A DNA stretch of 64,000 nt from a virus. Taxonomy: Duplodnaviria; Caudoviricetes. Under the pieces are notes generated by a model. It worked only from the letters and a program-made list of their open reading frames with translations. It was not told where the DNA came from and did not search any database. Position numbers and translations under genes: made by a program. Where the stretch lies: positions 82,653 to 146,652 of the IMG/VR virus record IMGVR_UViG_3300029314_000064; one strand, 5' to 3'. This document shows, piece by piece, positions 11,252-20,489 of this stretch (its first letter is position 1; the number at the start of each line of letters is the position of its first letter).

Positions 11252-11656
11252 TCATGTATGAATAGACCACCCTCTGGTTGCATTCATAGTCACAGCAAAT
11301 GTTGGTGCTGAGCCAGAACCAAAACCATCATGACTTCCGTGAAAAATCAAACCACCGTTATACATACCAGGAATAAAGAAATTAAAACTGAGCGGCGCAA
11401 AATCTTTTGAAAGAACAACCTTACTTTTATTGTTGTAAGCAATAGAACGTAGAACATTCATTTGGTTTTCAAAATTAACCAACATTCCCATCTCTTCAGC
11501 TTTCTTTTTTGTATCCGTAAAATGTTCCTTAGCCATATCATTAACAAATTCGATATCAGCAAGCAAGGTCTTATTACACACCAAGCACCTCTCCTCTGTA
11601 GTGTGCGTTTCACATTGGGAGCAATAGTTTTTGTTTTTAGATTCAGTATTAGACAT
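11252..11656 (-). CDS. DUF4120-like protein
   Basis: DFAPLSF...NGGLIFHG...GWSIHT C-terminus; start placed at MSNTES after GGAG. Confidence 0.55.
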   Translation of the reverse strand: MSNTESKNKNYCSQCETHTTEERCLVCNKTLLADIEFVNDMAKEHFTDTKKKAEEMGMLVNFENQMNVLRSIAYNNKSKVVLSKDFAPLSFNFFIPGMYNGGLIFHGSHDGFGSGSAPTFAVTMNATRGWSIHT

Positions 11657-12507
11657 TTTTATTTCTCCTTTTACCCAAAAGATAAATTGAATAATGTTCC
11701 TGACCATGACAGTAATCTGATTGTCTTATAATAATATTCTTATATTTCTTAATGAACATATAAATATTTCCCTTTTCATAACCAGAATAATAATACAATC
11801 CAGTATTGAAAATACTCCACTGTGATAATTGTTTAAGAAGTTTCTTAAAAGCAACGTGATGATTTTCGTCTACACTCAAACCATGATCAAATGCTACAGA
11901 ACTTACCATCTTCTTTCCTGATTCAAAATTTTCACCAAGAATTTGTGCGTTTACTTTTCCATCCTTGTAGTATGTGATTGCAATCATTTTCTTCCTTCTT
12001 TTTCTTCAATTTGCTTAATAGTTGTATGAATATCCTTAAGTATCTCTACTGCATCCATTGGATCCCCTTCATCAAGAACCAACAAATCATTAAGATGAAA
12101 ACGCTGTTGATAGTATTTAGAAATTTTATCAACAACGAGATGAAGATTACCAGCATCATCAGCTAAAAATATCTTCATTAGTATCTCCCTATTTACTGCT
12201 ACCCTACCGGCAGCATAACACAATGAAGTGTAATTTTATCATTATTAAAATATCTTATGTTCTTTTTATACAAGAAAGATAAAAACTATTGCTAAGATTT
12301 CCTTTCTTATTTATCCCCAACATAACATCTAAAATATAATCGTGATTATATTCGTCCTCAACACCATCATCATACACATCAAACATGGGACCCCAATGCT
12401 TCAGATCTATAGAGACATCAGAAGAATTTATTCCTTTATTACAATAATATCTAGTATAGACAATTGTATCTTTTGTAATTCTTTTCATATCGTCTCCTGA
12501 TACAGAT

Positions 12508-12870
12508 TCAGAGCATCACAAGAGCGCCATCCTTATTGGTGTACCATACACGCCTCAATTGTAGATCCTCAGCCATCCTGACGCACTTGAAGCACGGCTT
12601 AGAGTGACCTATAGATCCGTCAGCCATAAGGCGAACAACCACAAGGTCAGCCCTATAACAAGAATCAAATCCGGCTTTAAGAGCCGCGTGCATTTCTGCA
12701 TGTGGAATGGCATACTTAAACCATTTCAAAACACCAGAGTGTGTTTTTGTGGAAGAATTAAATCCCGCAGAGATAATTCTATTCCCTTTAACAATCACCG
12801 CACCATGTCTGCATCTACGAGGAGGACCAGAAAGAGCAGCCGATACAGCAATCCTTACAGCATTATTCAT
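12508..12870 (-). CDS. zinc-dependent cytidine/dCMP deaminase-fold protein
   Basis: HGAVIV...GFN, HAE and PCFKC motifs. Confidence 0.85.
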   Translation of the reverse strand: MNNAVRIAVSAALSGPPRRCRHGAVIVKGNRIISAGFNSSTKTHSGVLKWFKYAIPHAEMHAALKAGFDSCYRADLVVVRLMADGSIGHSKPCFKCVRMAEDLQLRRVWYTNKDGALVML

Positions 12871-13364
12871 TTTTCATTCTTATTGAAAATAACAGTTTTA
12901 ATCCAATATGGAGCACAACTACCATTAATTCCAATATTCTTTTTTGTCACAAATTCTGCTGCATTATTTTCTTTTCTAAAAATAGTTATAATTTCACTTC
13001 CACACATCACAATATAAACAGTATTACTTTCTTCTTTTGTTTCTGTTTTAATTCCGTACATCATAATGTTCTGAATTTTCTGGCGTTGTTCAATTGCTTT
13101 TTCTCTTAACGCTTGACCCTTTTGATGAAGTCTTTCATCTTCTGCAGTATAAGGATTATCAAGACAAGAATGAGCACACATTTTTCTTACAGTTTGTTCA
13201 TACTCCCAAATCATTTCATAACAATCATCAACTGTAAGATCAGACATCATCTCTGATTTTGGAGGTTTAGATTTTTTCTTTGATTTTTTGTTTACTTGTT
13301 TCATATCCTCTAAATCTTCTTTCTCATTATAAGACATAGTATTTCTCCTTATAAACATCTTAAA

Positions 13365-13436
13365 TACGCCCACTGGGAATCAAACCCAGATTTATGACTT
13401 AGAAGGTCATTACTTTATTCATTAAGTTATGGGCGC
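13365..13436 (-). tRNA. tRNA-Arg(UCU)
   Basis: Cloverleaf GCGCCCA...TGGGCGT-A; anticodon arm ATGAC-CTTCTAA-GTCAT; variant D and T loops. Confidence 0.9.
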
Positions 13437-13504
13437 GCAAATCCATTTACTATATTCTTCTTCTCTATATTCTCTATCACTCCTACCAGGAATAGACATA
13501 TGGT

Positions 13505-13528
13505 ACTATCCAACTGAGCTACGAGAGC
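13505..13528 (-). pseudogene. tRNA 5' fragment, tRNA-Arg-like
   Basis: GCTCTCG-TA-GCTCAGTTGGATAG, after which similarity ends. Confidence 0.55.
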
Positions 13529-13532
13529 ATAT

Positions 13533-14027
13533 CTAAAAAGAACACGAGATAGGCTTAACATTCCAGAACGGAGGAAGATTAGATTTCATATACTTTTCAT
13601 ATTGTTTCTGAATACTAACATAAGGAACACTATGTTGGTTACGATCAGCAATCCTGGCAAGGTCTTGTTCATAAACAACAATTTCAACAATCGTATAAGG
13701 AACTTTCTTCATATTCGCATACGCAATATACGGAGCAATTTCCCATGCTTCAAGATTGGTATTATCAATAATAATCGGAAGAGGATAATCAGTTTTAGGA
13801 ATCATATCAAAACAATACTTGGCATAATATTGTTCAGTATAACGAGATTTTCCACTTCCAGAAATACCCCGCATAATAATCACTTCAGAAATACCGTAAT
13901 TATAATTATGATCAAACCTATTAACAAAAGTCTTGAAGCAATGATTGTGAGCCTCAGACAAAAGCCTAGGATCAAAATTGTATTTTCCGTCTTTCATAAA
14001 ATAATCATCAGCAGAAATAATAGGCAT
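13533..14027 (-). CDS. N4BP2/AAA_33-like P-loop (poly)nucleotide kinase with permuted motif order
   Basis: ISADDYF...EAHNHC, MRGISGSGKS, IIDNTN...WE..PY and RNQHSVP motifs; start at MPIIS after GGAG because the longer ORF overlaps a tRNA-like gene. Confidence 0.8.
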   Translation of the reverse strand: MPIISADDYFMKDGKYNFDPRLLSEAHNHCFKTFVNRFDHNYNYGISEVIIMRGISGSGKSRYTEQYYAKYCFDMIPKTDYPLPIIIDNTNLEAWEIAPYIAYANMKKVPYTIVEIVVYEQDLARIADRNQHSVPYVSIQKQYEKYMKSNLPPFWNVKPISCSF

Positions 14028-14047
14028 TTTAATCTCCCAATAAGTAG

Positions 14048-14122
14048 TGGATTGCTGACAGGGCTTGAACCTGTATACGTATGAGAACATCATACTGTCT
14101 TACCTGTTAAACGACAGCAATC
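14048..14122 (-). tRNA. atypical tRNA-like gene (GTT at anticodon position, His-like G-1:C73)
   Basis: G-ATTGCTG...CAGCAAT-CCA; anticodon arm GTATG-ATGTTCT-CATAC; T arm ACAGG-TTCAAGC-CCTGT. Confidence 0.7.
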
Positions 14123-14125
14123 ATC

Positions 14126-14392
14126 ATGTGCAGGAATTAAGCTGCCTGCACTCAGCTTTACAACCTCGACTTTAGACTACACTGTTTCGCGAAGTACTCT
14201 TAACCTTAGTCGTACAGGTTTATTCAGCGGATCATAATGCACCTATTTTCTTGGTTTCAGCACCATGTTGAGGACTGGTCTTGCTAGGTGTTTCAAAAAC
14301 GTATGAGTCACTCACCGCTCATACTCAGTAGGCTTCATGCTGTTAGAATTCGCCGTGATGGGGCACGAAACCATCTTATTCCCTACACGGTA
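14126..14392 (-). ncRNA. candidate structured non-coding RNA between two tRNA genes
   Basis: About 265 nt with no minus-strand ORF and several stems (CCGTG/CACGG, GTATGAG/CTCATAC, CACCTA/TAGGTG, GTGCAGG/CCTGCAC). Confidence 0.5.
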
Positions 14393-14393
14393 G

Positions 14394-14470
14394 TGGTGGG
14401 TCCAGTGGGATTTCAACCCACGATCCTCCCATTAAAAGTGGGATGCTTTAAGGCTCTAAGCTATGGACCC
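14394..14470 (-). tRNA. tRNA-Lys(UUU)
   Basis: GGGTCCA...TGGACCC-A-CCA; anticodon arm TCCCA-CTTTTAA-TGGGA; variant D and T loops. Confidence 0.92.
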
Positions 14471-15434
14471 CTATGGTTGACCTCTGGAAAGTGCAGCGCG
14501 ATGAAGTTCTGCATATTCATCATATTCATCATGTTCTTCTTCATTAAGATTCTTTGCTTGATACAATATTCCATCTTGATCTATATATCTAATAATAGGC
14601 GAAAGACCTTGATGGAATCTAATTGAAATATTATAATCTTTAGCACCTCCTACTGTATAGGTAGCGAGCGGAGTAGGTCTAAGCCCATCACTGAAATTAA
14701 CATCCTCTGAATAAATTCTAAGAATTGTATCATTCAACGAGACATAAACTCCAAAATTTAATGCACTACCATTTTCTGACCAAAAATAAATTCCTTTATT
14801 CCTGTTAGGCAAACGAGCAACTTTCACCTTATGGAGCCCATCAGGACCCATGCCACCCACCATAGACACAACAGCGCGGTTCTTTGATGAAATAACAGTA
14901 GATCCGTAAACTTTCTTAATTCTCACCACTGCAAATTCAATATCAGGAGTTATAAGAGTTCTTCTGCTAGGGCACTCACTTACATCAACTTTCTGGCTCC
15001 TGATTTGCGCAATGGTGAGGAACATTGTTTTCTCCCTTTTGTAACCTACAACTACAGTTTAGCACAGTGATATTTAATATATTCACTTTATTTTCTTTAA
15101 AAAATCCTTCTTGCTCTTCATATGAAATATTCACTCATATCAAGTGCTTTCGCAGAACTATACTTTAGCCCAGCAAGAAGGATATTCCATCTCCATGACA
15201 TGAACGCCAATGAAGGCGTCTTGAAAACTATATAACGGGAGCAAATATTTAGCAATCACTAAAGTTCTTCCTTGATTAATTCTAAAAAATTGGTTTCTTT
15301 GATAATACGATCACATCTAGGACAATTAACTTCTTCTAAATTTTCAGTACATCTATGTCTCAAACATACTCCGCATGCTGTTAATCTTCCATTGTTTGTC
15401 GAATATACGAAATGAACATACGTTAAGTCAACCA

Positions 15435-16070
15435 TTACCGAACTTTAAGTCCTCTATAAAATACAGTCCCAACATCATTCACTTTATCAACAAAAATAGA
15501 ACAATGAATATGAATTTTATAACCAAGATACTTTTCAAACTCAGCTTTAGCATCAGACAATGCCGGACCAATTTTCATTGGTTGACACCTATTCCAATTT
15601 CCTGCCCACCACCAATTATCTTTATATTTAAACACACAGACAGCATGTCCACTTATTTTGTTCTGTTTTGTTGAATCATCTTTATACCAATAAAAGAAAT
15701 CAAACATAACATCCGAAGGAGATTTTACAATTCCAGATTTTAACAGGTTCGCAACATAATAATTCGCAAAATCATCACAATCACCTGAGTGACCAGGATC
15801 TTTAATCATAGCTTGCTTCATGAAGGTTGCATGCTTTATGACATCTAGTTTTCCACCAAATGGATCTTCAGTCCACTTCAATAATTTCAAATCATCTCTT
15901 ATCTCATCTGGGGTTTTATAATCTGGAAGAACAACGCTGCGATAGGAGATGATTTGACTTAAGAAAGACATTCCTGTAATGGAGCTAGGAACTAATTTAA
16001 ATCTAGTCTTCATTGAAAGAAATGTTATTTTGATACCAAGAGGTAAATTCTTTCCTTTTAATTCTGCCAT
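15435..16070 (-). CDS. transglutaminase/papain-like cysteine protease-fold protein
   Basis: GDCDDFA and GHAVCV catalytic-type motifs. Confidence 0.65.
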   Translation of the reverse strand: MAELKGKNLPLGIKITFLSMKTRFKLVPSSITGMSFLSQIISYRSVVLPDYKTPDEIRDDLKLLKWTEDPFGGKLDVIKHATFMKQAMIKDPGHSGDCDDFANYYVANLLKSGIVKSPSDVMFDFFYWYKDDSTKQNKISGHAVCVFKYKDNWWWAGNWNRCQPMKIGPALSDAKAEFEKYLGYKIHIHCSIFVDKVNDVGTVFYRGLKVR

Positions 16071-16110
16071 TTTATTTTCCCTTTAATATTAAGATCATTG
16101 TTATTTTCTT

Positions 16111-16848
16111 TTATATCAAGTCTAGCAGGCTCACTATGTTTTTCTTGTATAATTCAAAAATATTACTAAATTCAGATGATGCATTTTCTGAAGCACCATC
16201 TGAAATCATTTTAATCATGGTTAATTGCTTGCCATACATCTTACAGACTTTTCCTAAACTGTATCCTTCCATATCAACAATTTGTGACCCAAATGTAGTT
16301 ATAATTCTATTAGAAACAAAATCAGAATCAACAAAAGAATCGCCTGTCGCTAATTTCACACACTGTAATCCATAGTATAAATCTCTATCTCTAATTATGT
16401 GACTGTGATGTATTTCTATATCCTGATACAAATCATTAAATTGCTCAGACCGTAATGCTTCAGGGATATAAACATCATGTTGGCATACATGAGTTACGAG
16501 AACAAATTGTCCAATTTTAAATAAATCTTTTCTTAATGATCCACACAATCCTATATTTATAATGTCTGTTGGATTAAGAACCTCTATGGCGTATGCAGAG
16601 ACCATAGCGGCATTTGTCTTTCCTATTCCAGTCACAACCAAAGCGTGTTGTTTACCAGGAGACATATATATCTTAATCATATCAGACATTCTAAAAAAAT
16701 AATTCCCAAACATTTTACTTTCAAGATTAAGAAATTTCTTAACAGTATTCTTATCCAATAACAACATCCTATAATGATCTATAATAGGCTGCGCTTCTTC
16801 TTCCATAGCACAACAGTAAAGCCTACCAACACGCACGCTACGATGCAT
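16111..16848 (-). CDS. mtnN: 5'-methylthioadenosine/S-adenosylhomocysteine nucleosidase
   Basis: AMEEEA, TGIGKTNAA, IINIGLCGS, QHD, TGDSFV, VDMEG, MISDGA motifs. Confidence 0.88.
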   Translation of the reverse strand: MHRSVRVGRLYCCAMEEEAQPIIDHYRMLLLDKNTVKKFLNLESKMFGNYFFRMSDMIKIYMSPGKQHALVVTGIGKTNAAMVSAYAIEVLNPTDIINIGLCGSLRKDLFKIGQFVLVTHVCQHDVYIPEALRSEQFNDLYQDIEIHHSHIIRDRDLYYGLQCVKLATGDSFVDSDFVSNRIITTFGSQIVDMEGYSLGKVCKMYGKQLTMIKMISDGASENASSEFSNIFELYKKNIVSLLDLI

Positions 16849-17569
16849 TTCAGGACCCCTAGATTGCCACAGGATTAAAAAATTTTGCCGCAACACCCCA
16901 AACCATGCAAGGTGCGCGGCAAATTAATCTAATGGCAAATCACAGCTTATCCTACCTGTTTAGTCTTTTCGTCTTTTTTGGCCTGTATTAATTCGCCAAT
17001 AGATGCAGTCAAGATAGAGTTTTCCATCTTTTTAACTTTTAACTCTGCAATATCAGAGGCATTGGTCCTCTTGATATTCATAGATTTTTCTTTCATTTCC
17101 TTTTTTCTTTTCTCTATCTCTTCAAGAAATTCCTTGGTCTTATTCTTTTTCTTAGCCTTGGCAGGCTTTTCTGCTTCAATACTTTCACGCTGCTCTTGCA
17201 ATTTCTTTTCTTGTTCTTGAATCTTTTTCTCCTCAATGTTCCTTTCTATCTTTAAAACGCGGGTCATAATTTTCTCTCCCCATTAGGGTTTTAGAATTGG
17301 TTGTTTTTCACATCACAAACTCCTGACCATTTCTTCAGCTATTTCTGTAACACGAGAGGGAAAGCCATCTGCCTGTGCAATCCAAGTCAATAGTCTTCTC
17401 CCTTCCCAGTCATCTCTTAATTGAGAAAATAAAAAACCTTCCCATTTATCTTTAATATTCTTATTGATTCTAACATCCAAATTATCTTTGGTCACAGTAA
17501 ACAATGGACCACTGCTAACCAATTGTTTAGATCTTTTCTTGGATTTTTTAAGACTTGTTTTTTGAAGTT

Positions 17570-18190
17570 TCATTTCCTCCCCTCAACCAACCATGTATGC
17601 AGTTGTTCTGATAAATTATAGATAAAATCTTCTAATTGCATTTCAATTATTCTATTCTTATAGTACAAATTCATTTCATGAAAGTTCATATAATCTTTAT
17701 ACAAGTATACCTCAATAAAAGCACCGACAACATCCAGTTGTTTAACCCCAACCAATACAGCTTCATGAATTTCATTATCTTTAACTTTTAAAAAATCTCT
17801 AATGGTAGTACGGATGTTTGCTTTAAAAGAATCTAATCCAGGAATTTTAACAGGAGCAGGTATATCATTAATCACAATTTCTTCAACATCATGTGTCAAA
17901 ACACTGGTCAGAAGTTTATGTCTGAAATCACTGGACTGATAAGTTTCGGCGTATTCTCGTGTCTTTTCGAAATTGAAACGATTATACATAAAATCACAAT
18001 ACTTTTCAACCATCATAGCACACAAAGCACTGTGTTCTAATACATTTAATCTAATGCCATCAGGAATATTAAATGCTGAGAACCTCCTGATGTTCCTCAG
18101 TGAAGCAATAGAAATTATATCTATTCCTGCGGGATACCATTCTCCGTTAGGCAGTAGTGTCTTGATTTCTGTTTCTTTAGTCTGTTTCAT
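17570..18190 (-). CDS. HD-domain phosphohydrolase, YfbR/5'-deoxynucleotidase-like
   Basis: RRF...NVLEHS...LTHDVEE..INDIPAPVK. Confidence 0.75.
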   Translation of the reverse strand: MKQTKETEIKTLLPNGEWYPAGIDIISIASLRNIRRFSAFNIPDGIRLNVLEHSALCAMMVEKYCDFMYNRFNFEKTREYAETYQSSDFRHKLLTSVLTHDVEEIVINDIPAPVKIPGLDSFKANIRTTIRDFLKVKDNEIHEAVLVGVKQLDVVGAFIEVYLYKDYMNFHEMNLYYKNRIIEMQLEDFIYNLSEQLHTWLVEGRK

Positions 18191-18200
18191 AATTTATCCT

Positions 18201-18248
18201 TAAAAAAAGGGCGACTTATGCATACCGCCATAAGTCGCCCTTTTTATT
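18201..18248 (-). terminator. intrinsic (probably bidirectional) terminator
   Basis: aaaaaagggcgacttatgc-atacc-gcataagtcgccctttttt. Confidence 0.85.
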
Positions 18249-18264
18249 TATATCTTCTTTAAAT

Positions 18265-18822
18265 TCAGCTTGCGGGAGTTGCTGCTTCCTGCTTACGAGA
18301 CCGGGACTTCTTGGTTTCGGTAGTGGCAGGCTGAGTCACACTAACTTCCACAGAGGATGTATGACTGCCCTTACGATTCATGCTCGTCTCAGCATGAGAC
18401 AAAGCCCGCTGCAAATTCAGAAACGCTTCACGTTCGCCTTCTGTACGGATACTGTCTTTGTTGGTTTCAGAAAGAAGGTCCTTAAAGAAACCAAGAAGAA
18501 TCGGAACATGAATCTTCTTGAGCGGAATATTAATACTGGTTGCAGGGAGGCTGAGAGCAGCGCGGTTGTTGGTGCTGAGACGGACAATCTCGGCGGCCAA
18601 CGGTTTCTGGTTCTGGCCTTCCGTAATCTCAAACTCAACCTCGTCACCCTTACGCAGAGTAACAATAGGTTGACCTTCAGATTGAGTTACGCCGCTGATG
18701 TGGAAGAAAATCTCCTCACGGGTCTTCTCTTCCTTGCTCATCTCAGCCGTTGGCCAAATAAATCCATAACCCTTATCGCTCTTGAAAAACTTGACAACAC
18801 CCTGCACGCGGTCATTTTGCAT
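18265..18822 (-). CDS. cold-shock domain protein with C-terminal extension
   Basis: GVVKFFKSDKGYGFI (RNP1), EIFFHIS (RNP2), LRKGDEVEFEI. Confidence 0.9.
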   Translation of the reverse strand: MQNDRVQGVVKFFKSDKGYGFIWPTAEMSKEEKTREEIFFHISGVTQSEGQPIVTLRKGDEVEFEITEGQNQKPLAAEIVRLSTNNRAALSLPATSINIPLKKIHVPILLGFFKDLLSETNKDSIRTEGEREAFLNLQRALSHAETSMNRKGSHTSSVEVSVTQPATTETKKSRSRKQEAATPAS

Positions 18823-18886
18823 TTAAATATCTCCATTTTAGTGAGTTTCCGAGAGAAAATTATTTGCTCCCGGTTAGGTTAAGCAC

Positions 18887-18915
18887 AGCCTACAATAAAG
18901 AAAGCTCTTTTGCAA
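18887..18915 (-). promoter_or_regulatory. sigma70-type promoter of the CSD gene
   Basis: TTGCAA-17 nt-TAGGCT; the same AGTGATTGCAAAAGA context occurs at 31276. Confidence 0.6.
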
Positions 18916-20489
18916 TCACTGTTTTTTAAGACTCAACACTTCTCTCAGGAATATCCTCTAAATCTTCTTTCTCATCATCAAAATAACTCATACCAAGATC
19001 ATGAATGCTGTTTAATTCAGTAATAGCCCACCTTAGAGCATGGTATTCTTGGGAGTCAAAACTGATATCTTTTCCATCTTCCAGCCGGTTGTTAATTCGG
19101 TCATGTAAGTGTTTTGCTCTCTTGATGAGAGACCGTAACTTACTTCTTCGCGATGCCATAGTATAAACCTTTCTGTTGAATCAATCAATTATCTAAAATT
19201 TTAACTTTAGAGAATTTATCCTTCAACCTTTGAAATTCCTTATATTCTTCATCTTTATTGGGATCAAAATCAACAACAATTCTAAGAACAAACTTATTTC
19301 CATTAATTCTAATCAAAGACATTCTTGGACCAACAGCATCTGCATCATAATAATCTGAACATATATCCATAATTTTCTGAAAATCAATACGCAAGCTGTT
19401 ATTAGAGCCTGAAATAATCTTACTAGGAAAATCCAAATTTTGTTCGAACAATACCTTTACCTGCATCTTTTTCTTTTCTGTTTTAACAAGAATAACATTC
19501 CTATTATCTAAATTATTTTTAACTTCTTTATTTTTAGATTTACTTGACTTAATCTTTCTTTTTTCAAGATATTCTGGAATAAACCAATTCTCGTGAAAGT
19601 CTAGACACTCAGTAAATTTGAAATATGATTTATTTTTATTACTCTTGTGTTTTGTGCCCAAATCAAACTTAAAAGATTTCTTTATTTGATCTTGTTTTTT
19701 GACATTAGGAAAACAACCACCTCCACGTTTCTTAAAATAAACAACATGTCCATTAAATTCAATCATATTCATTTCTAGAATTTGACAAAAAGCATTTGTA
19801 TCTATATACAAATCAGTCAAACCCTCAACAGCAATCATTGGGATAACTTCGGAATTGTCTTCGGGAATATCCAAATCAAAACATGTTTTGAGTATTTTTC
19901 TAAGTAAAACATATTGATCATACATAAAAATATTATCATGAAGAAACATAATACTAACAGAATCTCCGCGTTCCTTAATTATTTCATTAAGAATTTTCTG
20001 AGTATCTGTCTTATCCATTTTTAACTCCTTCATATTTTGAAATTAATTTTTCAGAACGATTGGTTAATACTTTTCTTATTCCGTGAAAAAACTCATCCCT
20101 TGTTTGATATTGTAATCCATTCTTCAAAACTACAACACCTTTCTCGAGAAGTATCTGCATTAAGTATTTCTCATCAGCAAAATACTTAATCTTATGGTAT
20201 CCTATAAAATTAGATAATACTCCAGATCTAAATGCAAATTCTTTTAATGTGGCTGTGCTGAATGGAATACAAACAATTTCACAAAAACCCTCTCTAATTA
20301 TTTTGTGGGCTTGATCTATACTTGGATAATTTTTCTTCACCTTTATTCCCTTTTAAAGAGTATACCCCCTTTATAGAACACATACTTCACCCAAGGGAGA
20401 GATGGTGCCTGTCTCGCGTAAAGCGATACAAACTAAAGAAGTATGTGTCCTATAAAGGGGGTATACAGATACCACCCTTTAGTCTTCTA

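Noticed and set aside
14028-14093. N-terminal extension of the kinase ORF as given in the ORF track
   Set aside because: It overlaps the tRNA-like gene; a better start with RBS lies at 14027
17570-18190. DatZ of a 2-aminoadenine (Z-genome) pathway
   Set aside because: The HD fold is compatible, but no PurZ gene is present in the window
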